The notes under the pieces are model-generated. The model saw only the letters and a list, made by a program, of their open reading frames with translations, was not told the origin of the DNA and ran no database searches. From the NCBI GenBank assembly GCA_951406725.2, contig OX597833.1:26040001-26104000 (forward strand): a DNA stretch of 64,000 bases. The letters run 5' to 3'. The stretch is from Octopus vulgaris (taxonomy: Eukaryota). Shown here one piece after another: positions 1 through 13,542 of the stretch; the stretch's first letter is position 1, and the number at the start of each line of letters is the position of its first letter. A program made the translations under genes and the position numbers.

Positions 1-294
1 ATATAGAAAATTACGATAATTAGATCATTACATAAACAACGATATTTACATAAGGAAAATATTATTACACCAAAGACTTATAAAATATTAAAATTTACAA
101 TTTAAAGATCTTAAATATAAATAAATACTTATCTTAGCGAGGTTTTGTAATGAACTAAAATTTTGAATCGGAAAACGTCTTTACAGCGTTTATAAGAATA
201 CTCGTGGTATTACGTTATTAGCAAAAAAAGAATAAATTGTTGAAGAATTCATTAAGCGTGAGGAACAAATACGCTTTATCAATGTATGTATGTA

Positions 295-570
295 TAAAGT
301 TAATCCAAACATGAATACACAAAGAGAAAACACAACAACGCGAGGACGTGGAACAAATATAGTATTATTGGACGCTCAAGAAAGAAGGAAAGAAGGAGGG
401 TTTAACGTTTCGAGCGGAGCTCTTCGTCGGAAACATAGGAGAAGGAAAGATCCAGAGAAGGTGGTGCCCCAGCATGGCCGCGGCCTTCGGGCTAATACAT
501 TTTAAAGGATTTAAGGATTTAAGAAGGGAAGACGGAGGAAAAAAATCGCCAACGGTACACACGCGGTCAT
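295..570 (-). mobile_element. Short Penelope-like (pLTR-type) repeat carrying a minimal hammerhead motif; interrupted by a SINE-tail fragment (~471-520)
   Basis: Clear homology to 17371-17563 (opposite strand) and to the fragment at 7781-7838; abuts (TA)n; contains the HHR motif at 400-434. Confidence 0.6.
400..434 (-). ncRNA. Minimal type I hammerhead ribozyme motif (U4C core variant)
   Basis: Minus strand: GTTT-CCGACGA-A-GAGC[TCC]GCTC-GAAA-CG-TT-AAAC. Stem I GTTT/AAAC, stem II GAGC/GCTC, palindromic AACGTT in the stem III region. Confidence 0.6.
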
Positions 571-717
571 ATATATATATTGACTAATGGGTGTATGTCG
601 ATTACTGTGTTGTAGTGTTGAGTAGAACACTGGCAGAGTTTGGGCTACCTGGTGTCATTTGCAGTCGGGGTATATTTCCGTTGGATCTACCTCATGAACT
701 CTGCAGTGTTATTTGAG

Positions 718-743
718 ATAATAATAGTAACAACAACAACAAC

Positions 744-793
<50 letters not shown>

Positions 794-812
794 CAACAAC
801 AACAACAACAAC

Positions 813-856
<44 letters not shown>

Positions 857-881
857 CAACAATAACAACAACAACAACAAC

Positions 882-916
<35 letters not shown>

Positions 917-918
917 CC

Positions 919-1004
<86 letters not shown>

Positions 1005-1010
1005 TATAAT
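718..1010. repeat. (AAT)n/(AAC)n microsatellite
   Basis: Read directly; explains the poly-I/T/L/V ORFs. Confidence 0.98.
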
Positions 1011-1342
1011 TTCCTAAGTAGCAAGAAGATGGAGTTGGTATTAATCTTCATTTTGTATAACGGTCGTTTTGACATTTTTGCCTGCATATATATACCTTTC
1101 CCATCCTTTTTCCAGTATCATTCTTTTGTCTTAAACGCAATCTAGCTCAATCCATCCCTGTCCATCAACTCACTTCCTCTACAATTTTTTTCTTTAAAAA
1201 AAAACAGTTATTTCTCTATATTTACAGATGTTTGCAATTTTTATTATGGAAAGATAATAGTAATTGAAAATTGTAGCAATGTTTTATTCCCTAACCCAGA
1301 TGAGCATATAATATATAAACAAGACACGACTCAATGTATGGG

Positions 1343-1447
1343 TGTACCTGATGAGACCCAGTTGCACAATGGATGCAACTCAACATGTTCAACGCAGTCC
1401 AACGGATAAGGAACAATAATAGGATGGGTCGAAACAACTGTTGTACA
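1343..1447 (+). ncRNA. Type I hammerhead ribozyme with a large stem II loop
   Basis: TGTAC(1343-1347)-CTGATGA(1348-1354)-GACCCA...TGGGTC(1425-1430)-GAAA-C-AACT-GT-T-GTACA(1443-1447); AATAAA follows directly. Confidence 0.75.
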
Positions 1448-1509
1448 AAATAAAGATTAATACCAAATGCATCTTCTGGTTACTAGAGAAAATTATTATC
1501 ATTATAATA

Positions 1510-1857
1510 GAAGAAGAAGAAGAAGAAGAAGAAGAAGAAGAAGAAGAAGAAGAAGAAGAAGAAGAAGAAGAAGGAAGAGGACGACGACGACGACGACGAC
1601 AACGAGAAGAAGTAGAAGAAGAAGAAGAAGAAGAAGAAGAAGAAGAAGAAGAAGAATATGAAGAAGAAGAAGAAGAAAAAGAAGAAGAGAGGGAAGAAGA
1701 GAGGGAAGATGAAGAAGAAGAAGAAGAAGAAGAAGAAAAGAAGAAGAAGAAGAAGAAAGAAGAAGAAGAAGAAGAAGAAGAAGAAGAAGAAGAAGAAGAA
1801 GAAGAAGAAGAAGAAGAAGAAGAAGAAGAAGAAGAAGAAGAAGAAGAAGAAGAAGAA
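1510..1857. repeat. (GAA)n microsatellite with short (GAC)n interruption
   Basis: Read directly; explains the poly-E/R/K/F ORFs. Confidence 0.98.
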
Positions 1858-2066
1858 AATATAAATGTAAAAATAAATACAAAAATTAAGACAGAAATTG
1901 AGAACAGCTGGGAAAAGGAGTGTTAAGAACATCATAAACAAAGAAATGGAATATTTTGGAGTGGTCAGTACACTGTTGACTTGTTAGAAGATGACCAGCG
2001 AGGTGGCGGATGATTTCAGGTCACCTATTCATTCAGTTCTCACACATGGTATGATGTACACACGCG

Positions 2067-2097
<31 letters not shown>

Positions 2098-2262
2098 GCA
2101 CGTACACACACACACACACAGACAGGCATAAGCACATACATACATACATATATTCAAATATACAAATATATGGATAAACATACACACATATATACAGATT
2201 TACACCACATATACACTGCCACAGACAAATCTGCATACAAACATACATGCATTTATATATTC

Positions 2263-2294
<32 letters not shown>

Positions 2295-3608
2295 ATATAT
2301 ATATATATACAAAGAGAGAAAGAGACATACAAACACACATAAACACATATATATACATATATATATATATACATACATACATATACATACATAATACACA
2401 TACTAATATACCTACAAAACTCTTAACCTTTAAACCTTTGCATGTACACATACATATATGTATACCTATACACACACACCTGTACATACCTAAACACATA
2501 TACGCACACAAACACATATACATATCTCATTACACCCCCCTTCACACACACGCATGAATTCACAGATGACTGTGCTAGCGTACTTATCTGCTCATGCACT
2601 GGTATGTATGTATACATAAACATGCAATTGTATTTTGTTTTTATATATATTGTTTTGTTACCTAGATTTTTCGCTATTTAAGCAACCAGTAAAACACATT
2701 TTTCAGTTTGTAAACAGCTCCATTTGGATCTTGAAACTCATAAGAGAGTAACTAGCTGTAAACATAATTATTGAAATAAAAATCGTCCCCACCAAAAAGC
2801 CATCTCTACTCATTTTTTCAAACATGTATATATATATGTGTGTGTGTGTATGTGTGTGTGTGTGCGTGCGTGCGTGTGTGTGTGTGTGTGTGTGTCTGTG
2901 TGTGTATCTGTATGTGTGTCTGTGCCTTTAACTTTCCGGCACATCTCCTCCTAGCCAACAAATCGTAGAACCACCAAAAATGGGTCACTTAAAGTTTAGG
3001 CGAATGAAAATTGAACTGCGCTATTTCTGTTCCAAAATTCATCTCGCAAGTGCAAAAATCGATAATGTGTATGCTTAGGCCTTATCCCATGCATTGAATA
3101 GTGAACTTTACTCAGTCAGCTGTTAGACGTGAACTGTGTTCACCACGTGTGCAAGCATGCGTAAATTGCATGAAAAATAAAAAATCAAGATATAAAAACG
3201 AATCGCCGTAATCATTGTAGAAATTCGGCAAAGAAACGAATTTTTGGGATGTAGCCTGGAGGGTTTTTTCGTATTAATCGTTTGGACTTTGTGAACACAT
3301 ACCAATTGTTTTCATAAAATTTTTAATGCTTTGAATTAAATGTGACTATTTTGCGTTGAGTCTGCAGTTTGAATCACTTTAACCAAATTTTAGCAGGCCG
3401 GACTTTTGATCATCACGATACATCGCCAGCGACCTCCCTGAAATTCTCCCTTGAAATCCCCGTTGAGAAATCTATTATATATATAATAATACTTTGAATG
3501 GGAATCCTGAGAAAGCGTAAAAGTAATTATCCGATGAACGATGGGTATTACTGCTAGTATATATATAAAATATATACATATACGTTTAGATAAGTGTATA
3601 TGTATATA

Positions 3609-3677
<69 letters not shown>

Positions 3678-5339
3678 TATATATGTATGTATATGTATAT
3701 ATATATGTGTGTGTGAGTGTGTTTGTGTATATATGTAATGATTTATCATTATAGTGAGAGAAAAATGAATATTGTTGCACTTTCACATAGGGAGCCAACG
3801 ATTAGTTATTTACGTCTCTAAATGAAGTCGTTATTTTCCCTTGGTTATTTAGAATTCTGACAGTGTGCGATGACATTTTCATGTACTTACTCAAACGTGC
3901 AAAAACGCAGATTTTTGCTAACACACAGATACTGACTGACATTCTCATTACCATCGACATGTGTATGTGATTGTGTGCATGAAACTGCGTGTACCTGTGT
4001 GCCTGTACATATATCTGTGTGTGTGTGTGTGTGTGTGTCTGTGTGTGTGTCTGTGTGCGTGTGTGTTTGGGTAAGTGTGCTTATCTATCCAATTTTGTTT
4101 ATAAAACAATACGAAATACTAAACACCTGCCAACATTTATCTCTCATATATACCATATAAATTTACTGCAATAAAAACAAAAGCTTTGATCCCTTTAAGC
4201 CATACCCTACGATGTCGATAAATTAAAGACCCTTCTGTAGTCTAAATTTTGCGGTGGTACAGGATTGGCGAAACTAAAATACAATATTATAATAAGTTTC
4301 TGTCCGTCCATGGAGAGGTATGGTTAAACCACATTTTCCAATTAAAAGGACAACTTCCAACCATTTACTCAATGATAACGATACCAATTAATTCAGAATT
4401 CTTACAGGTTATATTAATTATGATAAATTTACAGTGAACTCGTGGGGGTGTTTTACAAGCTGAAACAATTGCAATTATACGTTTTAAAAGATTTTATCAA
4501 TGTTGCCCTGTAGCCCCGCAACATCTAGCGTGTTAAAGGCGTGAATATCACACATACTTTGTGTATGAGTGTGTATACACACACACATATATATATATGC
4601 GGCAGGTTTCTTTCACTTTCCGTCTACCAAATCTACTCCCTAAGCTTTGGACGACTGTTATTGAGCAATGTCAGGTTATGTTTCTTCTGCTTTTGTGTCT
4701 TTCTTCTTGTGTGAAACAAGTGTTTTTGTATAACAGGTCTTATCTTTAAATTGAATTTTAACCAAGTTTCCATTGTAATATCAAGATGCATACTGAAAAA
4801 AATCCTAGCAATTATCCGTAATGTAAGATAGCCTACTTCAAATTACAGTCATCGATATTTATAGTTAAGACTAAGCAACCTCACAGTCCGCATACTATAG
4901 TAGTGATATGATCTTTCTGTTTAACCAGTGTGGATTAAATTGTTTCGGCCAATAGCAACGTTGGGATTCATGCTTTTTCGGTTTTTATTGGTTCAATTTT
5001 CGCTTTTCTGTCAGCTCGTAGAACCATAACAGATATATAACTGTTTCATTATTTCACTGACATATGGCGGCGAGCTGGCAGAAACTAATATACATAAGGT
5101 GTTTAGAATATCCCTGAATGGATTATTGTTTAGTGTTTCATTAGATTTGTGGTACGCTTAATAAATTGAATAAGTGAGATCCAGGAAACAGCCAAAGAGC
5201 TTCTGATGGTTAATCAAAAATCCAATTAAATAATTTTACTGAAATGGAGTTGTCGTATTTTAAATAAAATTGAGTTACATGTGAAACACAGAGAATATTA
5301 CTTATGATCTTTCATGAATGAAAATGTATCCTGCAAATG

Positions 5340-5560
5340 TCTCATAACAGCCGGAGTATACACTGCAGCAATGGAAATGACATCCGGAGAATGTCGAATC
5401 CCCAAGCACATAAGGACTAGGGAGCACCAGCTCAGGCTGTTGCTGAATTTCTCGAGTTAAACCCTGCTTACCGTGTTCTCTTCACTCCGGAACCGTCTGG
5501 TTGATGGTTCGTGCTGGGCGAACATATGCCACATGGACACGGCATATGAGGAGGTATCTC
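5340..5560 (+). mobile_element. Degenerate CR1/L2-type LINE 3' remnant
   Basis: From 5413 it translates RTREHQLRLL, resembling the RTRGH.xKL motif at the CR1/L2 ORF2 C-terminus; a frameshifted RV...NRL-like segment follows. Confidence 0.4.
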
Positions 5561-6199
5561 GCGAAAATGATGACTAACTATGACTGTGCTCGACTGACCA
5601 CCCGGGAGAACAAGGGAATATACTGACTAATGATTAAAGCAGCAACGTGCTGCAATGATGCATATTCCTATAGACCGACACATAGCAATATATTCCGGAT
5701 TAAAAATAATATAAGCATATAGCCTTTCTTAAAAACATTCCAATATACTACTCTACATAAGGCCTCATGCACATAGACATAATTCTAATTAATTCTGATT
5801 TTAAAACTGAGTCTTTCCACTAAATTACTGTTCTATTTTACTTGAGGTGTGATATGGAGTTATAAAAGTGTGGATCATAAGTGCATGCTTATTGCACATA
5901 CACACATGTTTCCACGCACACACATACACACACACAGAGACACGCACACACACACACATACATATCTATATATACAAGTAAGCATATAAATGCAGACCAA
6001 AGAGGAAAAATAGTACTCGAATACCTGAAGTAGAATTAATCTGCCTTTTCTAAAGCTGCAAAATCTTCGTGAAACTGTTATTCAGACTTTCCTGCTCCTG
6101 TATACACTAACGTATGATGTACATGTGCAACAGATGTATGCTAATATATCCATCTGTATTTAAGCATACGTATATGTATGTGAAGTCTATTGTTTTTCC

Positions 6200-6640
6200 T
6201 TTTATTTGTTATTTATTTCAGCCATTAAACGGCGGCCAAGCTGAAGGACTTTTTATTCGAACGAGTCAATCCCGATACTTATTTTGTTAAAGCCTGGTAT
6301 TCATTCTATCGCCTCATGATGAACCGCTAGATTATGGACACTAGGAAATCAATACTGGGTGTCAACTAATGGGTGGGTGGATGAACCACAAAGAAACACA
6401 CACATACACACGGGCTTCTTTTACTTTTCGTCTTCCAAATCCACACACAAGGCTTTGTTATTTTTCAGGGGCTATAGTTGGAGGAACTTGCCCAAGTGAA
6501 GGGCAATGAGTGCAATCCGGAGCCACACGTTCGGGAAGCAAGACTGTTACCTCACAGTCAAATATGTGTCTATGCACAGTCATGTCTGTGCATATACACA
6601 GCTACGCCTGCTCCTATAACACAGCCACGCCTGCGCCTAT
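6200..6640 (-). mobile_element. Degenerate tRNA-like SINE (family 1)
   Basis: Collinear, diverged match to the copies at 10221-10636 and 12422-12796. Confidence 0.75.
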
Positions 6641-7744
6641 TTACATACTGGCTAAAAACTGTTATAATAATGGTTTGTAACTCTTACGCAGAGTAATACA
6701 TATTATGGGGAAAATGTTGCTGATTTAATCAAAACAATTACTTTACTGCCAGAATGATGAAAACGAAAGACAAATAAACAGGGATTAATCTCGGAACATG
6801 AAAGGTATATAATACTATGCACGTTATTAAATCCGACCTTTTGTAGACGCTTCCATTTATTATATTTCAACTAATAATAGGAACTCATCTCATATATTTG
6901 AGCAGGAAAGGAAGAAATTATCTATAACTATGTTCACGTTCCTATCGATCCCTTCTGTATTTCTAATGTTTCTCAAATCTCCAAATTCATTCGTCATCCA
7001 CGTCACAATTCCCGATTTTGAATTTTTATGGTGAAAATTAATGAAAATTGTTCATCAAAGCATCAATGATTCTAGTAATACTCATTGCTATAACATATCC
7101 AGTTTCATTTCTCTTGATAGGTCGTGCGTCCTTCTAATACATATATTCCGGTAAGTAATCTGCCTAATGCAGTTTAATATTGATCTCACATTTCAATCTT
7201 AGCAGTAAATGTTATATATGACGTATCATGCATTGATTTTCAATTGCTTTATCAACAAATCAGCATACAATTTGTGCTTTAAAGTCACTTGATGAGCTTC
7301 AACAGACACTTGTAGCGTTAATGTACACCTCATGCCGACTCAGCATGAAACTGTGTAAAGCTAAGTCTTATCAATAACAAGTGCTGTCCATTCCATCTCT
7401 TTCATGCCTTTTCTGTTTAGCCAATTCAGTCCGCAATCTTTGGGTGCACTGAAGCAGTATTTGTAAATATTGTCAAATGAGTGAGAAAAAAAAATAAAAC
7501 TGGTCAAAATGGCAACACAAACTTCTAAAATATTCACGCATTCATGTGCCCTAAAACATCATCAGACAGCGAACACAATCAATATATATGTAAAATCAAC
7601 TGTTGTTGGATCACGCACTGGTATCAAAGATCACGATTGAGGCTATTAATAGTTGATAATAATGGAATTCTTATTCGTATATTAATATATAAGCGAAGTA
7701 ATTCTCTTTCTCTTTCTGTCCTTTCTCCCCCCCTCTCTCTCTCA

Positions 7745-7780
<36 letters not shown>

Positions 7781-7785
<5 letters not shown>

Positions 7786-7838
7786 CTCCAAACATGAACA
7801 AAGAGAAAACACGACAACGCAAGGACGTAGAACAAGTA
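7781..7838 (-). mobile_element. Terminal fragment of the 295-570 Penelope-like repeat, inside (TA)n
   Basis: agttactccaaacatgaacaaagagaaaacacgacaacgcaaggacgtagaacaagtata matches 297-362. Confidence 0.7.
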
Positions 7839-9905
7839 TATATATATATATCAAATTTAAATGTATAAAAATGTGACAAAAGCATAAATATCTGAATATA
7901 TAGAGAGGCATATATATATAGAGAGAGGCCTATATATGCTAAGGAACTTTAATGACGACAACAATAGACCAATGGCAGCAATAGTAATAATAGTACTAAC
8001 AAAAATAATGATATATCTATACATAATTTCCTAAAGTGTTCATATGAGTTCATATTTTCCCTCGTGTATATCTGCATGCATGCATGTCTGTACGTATACC
8101 TGAGTCTACGTAATATTTGTAGGTGGAAGAATATACAAAATACTGTATCTCTCTTTCGTCTCAGGTGGAATTCCATCCTTGCAAAGATATTTTATCCAAA
8201 CAAATCCCACCTGTACTCTACTGTTCGTGACAAACTGTATGAAATAATAACTTCATTATGATGTAGATTAAGCTTGAAACCTTTCCGTTTAACCTGCCTT
8301 CAAGTAACAAGACTTCCCTCTTAAGCTGGCACTGTAGAAAAAATGCATTGTTCCTCAAAAGAAGTTGCTTGGTAATTCCATCGCGATGTAATACACAAAT
8401 CTATGAAAAGTCTTTGAATATTTCTTGTTTCAAATATTGTAACAAGAATTATTTTATTGCAATAATGTAACTGGTTTTCTTTACAATTAAGTATATTTTC
8501 CTACACTTTAAATGTGTGTATGAGTTTGACAATTGGAATCATGCATTAATTACTTCAGCCTGGCTGTGTTCGTAGACAGTTGAAAAAGAATACTTAAAAA
8601 AAAATTAAATGATAGCATTGTAGTTGCGGGTGGGCCCCTTTAGTCTTTTGGCAACCAATATTTTTAGAGCCAGTCCACGACCACTGGTAAATACGGAATA
8701 GATATGCAGTAATACATATATGGAGTATCTTAGAGAGAATGGTATACATATATATATATAAATAATTATGTGTGTGTGTATATATATATATATGTATGTA
8801 TATATATATGTATATATATACATATATATATATTATTCATAGATATGAATATATATATATATACACATACATACATGTGTGTATGTATGTATATTTTATA
8901 TATCAAGCCAAATTGTATTTATGTGCATGACTACATACACACATACATGCACACTTCATATATACGCATATCTTTTGTAAATGTTTTATTTCCATAGCAT
9001 AGTATTGTTGCTCGTAATGATGGAGGAGTTGTTAATATCGATACTGATAGTGGTAGTAGGGCAGGTGGTATGCATATATGGTGAGCTTGGTGGTGATGAT
9101 GGTGATGGTGGTGTAATCCAATACACTTGGTAAAGTGAATTATTGGCGTGTGTGTTATGAGCAATAAGACAAAGCACAGTTAATATAAATGAGTTTGGTG
9201 AATTGGAAATAGATCAACTGCCAGAAAAAAAAAATGAACGTTTTCTATAGTATATTCTCATTTGAATTTAAGGGATATAGACACACATATTCTAAATTAG
9301 AAACCCATTTACATTTATATGAATGTTTTCTTTGTGTGTGGATACGAGGTGTGTGTGTATGTGTGTGTGTATATGTGTGTGTGTGTGGTTTCGCTTAGGC
9401 ATTTTCTTAGCAATAATATAGGTTAGAACTCATTTCTATGGTTCAGAAAAAAAAGAAGAAAAATGGTTTCTACATGGCAACTCTTAATAGAAACAGCTGT
9501 AACCTAATAGAGTTCGTGACGTAGCCCCTGTTCCCTTGCCATTTATTTATTTCCGTATATATATATATAATTCTAGGATGGAATTTATAAATATCTAATA
9601 CATTATTACGCGCGTTTGTACAAATCACAGGATTCTGAGTTCAGAGTTGGTATCCTTGGAATTAGCATAATATAGTCCATAATGTCCATTGACATCTGGT
9701 GGATCATCATCATTGATCCATATCATAAGGCAATACTACATTATTGGATGAATCACAAAGGTATGTTTATCCTTTCTTGACAATATGAAGGCCAATCTAG
9801 CTATGCACATTATATATGTATTATACACACACGCACACACACATACATACACATACACACGTACACTTACATACATATCATATATATATATATTATATTT
9901 ATTAA

Positions 9906-9937
<32 letters not shown>

Positions 9938-10220
9938 GTGTGTGTGTGGTCCTCTATATGCTGTGCGTACGTGTTGTAGATAACTGAGTGTTTGTGTGTG
10001 TTTCTGTATGTGTGTTATATGTACAACTGTGTGTGTATGAATGTTTGTGGAGAAATATGTCAAACTGCAACGTGAGTGTCCGTGTAGTTGATGCTAATAA
10101 TTGTTGAACGTGCCTCGTTATAAGCAAATTGTGGATGTGTATGTGCGTATGCAACTGCGTGCGTGTGTTTGTGTATGTCTGTTATGTGTACGGATCTGTG
10201 TTTCTATGTGTGCATAAATA

Positions 10221-10636
10221 CTCTCTTTTTACTCTTTTACTTGTTACAGTCATTTGACTGCAGCTATGCTGAAGCACCGCCTTTAGTCGAGCAAATCGAT
10301 CCCAGGACTTATTCTTTGTAAGCCTAGTACTTATTCTATCGGTCTCTTCTGCCGAACCGCTAAGTTACGGGGACGTAAACACACCAGCATCTGTTGTCAA
10401 GCGATGATGGGGGGACCGATACAGACACACAAACATATACACACACATACGTGTATATATATATACATACATACGACGGGCTTCTTTCAGTTTCCGTCTA
10501 CCAAATCTACTCACAAGGCTTTGGTCGGCCTGAGGCTATAGTAGAAGACACATGCCCAATGTGCCACGCAGTGGGACTGAATCCGGAACCATGTGGCTGC
10601 TAAGCAAGCTACTTACCACGCAGCCACTCCTACGCC
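10221..10636 (-). mobile_element. tRNA-like SINE family 1, near full length
   Basis: Reverse complement of 12422-12796; tRNA-like head, internal (TA/TG)n tract, (AAAAGAGT)n-like tail. Confidence 0.9.
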
Positions 10637-11303
10637 TAGATGCAGAAATGTTTGTCCAATTGTGATGCAGATATGTATTCATTTATTTGATACGAATATT
10701 GCTGTTTCATGTGTGTGCAGTGTGTATATGCGATATGTGTGTAGGAGGAAATGTAAGAGAAAGATCTGTCGTAATCAGAGGATAAAGGGTATGTGGATAT
10801 GAAAAAGGATTAGAAAAAAACTCTCTCTGAGTAGTCTAAATTTAGCGGAGCTATTGTGTAATGCTAACCAAACGTAAGATGCCACGTAGAATGATACGCT
10901 TATCGGAAACAACAGTGGTCGGGTTTCCGAGCTAGATGTCGAAAAGGGTTTAGACACACGGTCACCGACTTTAACAATGTACAAGGGATCACAGAGCAGT
11001 AGTCAGAGCAAAAGAGCGTGCAATTCAAGGAATCAGAAATATGGAAGATGCACTTGTTGGTACTTACGAACACCATGATATAATTAAAGACAACGTGCCC
11101 GAGAACCAGGGGAGAATCAGGAGACAAGTGGGGGCGGGGGCAGAAGGGAGCAACTGCAGGCTAGTGAGTTGCGTAGGTGTATTTGGTGAGCAAATGACAA
11201 TCTTCACAGAGATGTCCTCTTGGTTGCTCATGTCAATCAGTATTTACCGAACGTATTCCGTTCTGTAGCAGAAAATACTTACACCGCATAACACTAGTAT
11301 ATA

Positions 11304-11516
11304 CAGGGTGGCCCAAAAGTAGGTTTACAGTTATCACATAGGCACTTTAAAAATCTTTTAAGACATTTTATTACATTTCAATTTCTATCTTACAATTAAC
11401 TAAATTAGCACAGAATAATGGTTTCATAATATTTTTATAATTAAGACCTAAACTCTTAATATGTAAATGCGAAAGAGATAGTTGAATATCTGCAAATCTA
11501 CTTTTGGGCTACCCTG
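11304..11516. mobile_element. Tc1/mariner-type MITE (213 bp)
   Basis: 27-bp TIRs CAGGGTGGCCCAAAAGTAGGTTTACAG / CTGCAAATCTACTTTTGGGCTACCCTG (3 mismatches), TA on both flanks. Confidence 0.88.
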
Positions 11517-12421
11517 TATATATGCATAAATTAAACAACTTTTACATTGCAATATATGTATGAAAGTACATGTGTATGCGTGTGTGTGTGTTTGAATTTA
11601 TAATTGTTGTCTAACCAGAATTATTACAGGCATAGCATTAAGACCAGTAGGAATGTTATAGTTATGATAGCAATTATTCTAATACTTACAAATCGCAACT
11701 GACATTACGCATATCATTTAGCATGTCACGTACAATTGTTGCGGGAAGAAATTTATTTATATTGTCAGTAACATAGATGCCGTCCAAATCAATGACATTC
11801 AGTTGGAAGAAATAAGAACATTGACTTGCATGAGCTGTCTAATCAACGAAAACGTAACATGTGAAAGCGAGATAAAGTGGCAAATTGTAATAGCAAACAG
11901 AAAATTTGTAAACAGCCAGCAGATCTTAAACTGCAAGAATATTCTAAATAGTAACACACTGAGGCTAATGCATTCAATGAATAACTATAATTGTGCTGTA
12001 TGTATATGTGTCGTATATTTTAAAAACCAACATTAAGGTGAAATTGTGCAGCATTCGAAATAAGATACTTGTTATTTTGTTGAAGACAGCTGTACCAGTC
12101 AGTCATTCTTAGGGGAAAATATATACTTCTTAAGAAGAAAGATACATAGATATAGCAAAGAGCGAGGAAACTGCAATGGTTTGGTCACATCAAAAGAACG
12201 AACGGCTAAGTTGCAAATAGAATTATGGTTCGAAAATTGAAGGTAAAGAAACAGAGGTCACCTAAGTGAGATGCATCCGTGATATTGAGTGCTTAGGATT
12301 AAAATATTGGAGAAGAACGAAAAGCAACCTGTGAAACGAGTTTTCTAAATGTGCTTGTGTATGTGTATGCGCGTGTAAGTACATGTGTGCATGAACGTAT
12401 GTATGGATGTATGCATACATA

Positions 12422-12794
12422 CAGGAGTGGCTGTGTGGTAAGTAGCTTCCTTACCAACCACATGGTTCTGGGTTCAGTCCCACTGCGTGGCAACTTGGGC
12501 AAGTGTCTTCTACTATAGCCTCGGGCCGACCAAAGTTTTGTGAGTGGATTTGCTAGACAGAAACTGAAAGAAGCCCGTTGTATATATGTATATATATATA
12601 TGCGTATGTTTGTGTGTCTGTGTTTGTCAGCCCAACATCGCTTGACAACCGATGCTGGTGTGTTTACGTCCCCGTAACCTAGCGGTTCGGCAAATAAGTA
12701 CCGATAGAATAAGTCCTGGGATCGATTTGTTCGACTGAAGGCGGTGCTCCCGCAGGGCCGCTGTCAAATGACAGAAACAAGTAAAAGAGTAAAA

Positions 12795-12796
<2 letters not shown>
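12422..12796 (+). mobile_element. tRNA-like SINE family 1, near full length
   Basis: A-box-like TGGCTGTGTGG, B-box-like GGTTCAGTCCC (12471-12481), internal microsatellite, GTAAAAGA tail; multiple copies in the window. Confidence 0.9.
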
Positions 12797-12828
<32 letters not shown>

Positions 12829-12832
<4 letters not shown>

Positions 12833-13090
12833 GTTGTATACTGTCAACTTAACGTGATAGTCCCGTATGGGAATTACACCACCGCTGTTTAGCCCTAGGA
12901 AGTATCGAACGCTTCTTGTCGGCTTTGACACATTTTCTGTGTCCTTATATGTGTCAAAGCCGACAGAAAGCGTTCGATGCTTCCTAGGGCTAAACAGCGG
13001 TGGGGTAATTCCCATACGGGACTGTCACATTAAGTTGACAATATACAACCACTCTATCGCTCCACCACCGCTCATGTCTCTTTGAGACAT
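12829..13090. mobile_element. Fold-back element: ~105-bp inverted arms plus one-sided tail (Penelope-like inverted pLTR)
   Basis: Arms 12829-12933 and 12949-13053, 15-nt spacer, several mismatches; (TA)n on the left. Confidence 0.7.
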
Positions 13091-13116
13091 TTAGAAATTT
13101 AATATTTCTTGATATA

Positions 13117-13222
<106 letters not shown>

Positions 13223-13429
13223 GAGGGAATATTATTCCTAACTTACTGGAAAAAATTCAATTTAGAAATACTAAATCAAATTTCACAAAATATAATTAAA
13301 TTACACCATCTAAAAAATTACATATAATAGAAATATTAAAATTAAAATAACAATAATATACCGATGATTGCAAAAGTAAATTGCAAAATAATAATAAAAA
13401 CGTATATATTTGGTAGAATAACTATATAT

Positions 13430-13542
13430 ATAGGATGAAGCGCAAAGTCGATCTCAGTGGAATTTAAATTCACAACGTAAAGATGGCCAATATGACACTA
13501 AGCATTTTGACCACGTGCTAACGATTCCTCTATCACGCCGCC
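13430..13542 (-). mobile_element. Degenerate tRNA-like SINE head (family 3)
   Basis: Matches the reverse complement of 20036-20160 (aaagtcga...gaattt...aacgtaaaga...taagcatttt). Confidence 0.65.

Noticed and set aside
640-1941. ORFs with poly-I/L/E/K/R/F tracts
   Set aside because: Translations of (AAT)n and (GAA)n microsatellites.
5965-6105. Possible further HHR-bearing element (minus-strand GAAA...ATA-ACAG)
   Set aside because: No CTGANGA core or stems visible; too decayed to support.
12422-12500. tRNA genes at SINE heads
   Set aside because: A/B-box-like motifs only, no full cloverleaf, and always followed by the SINE body.
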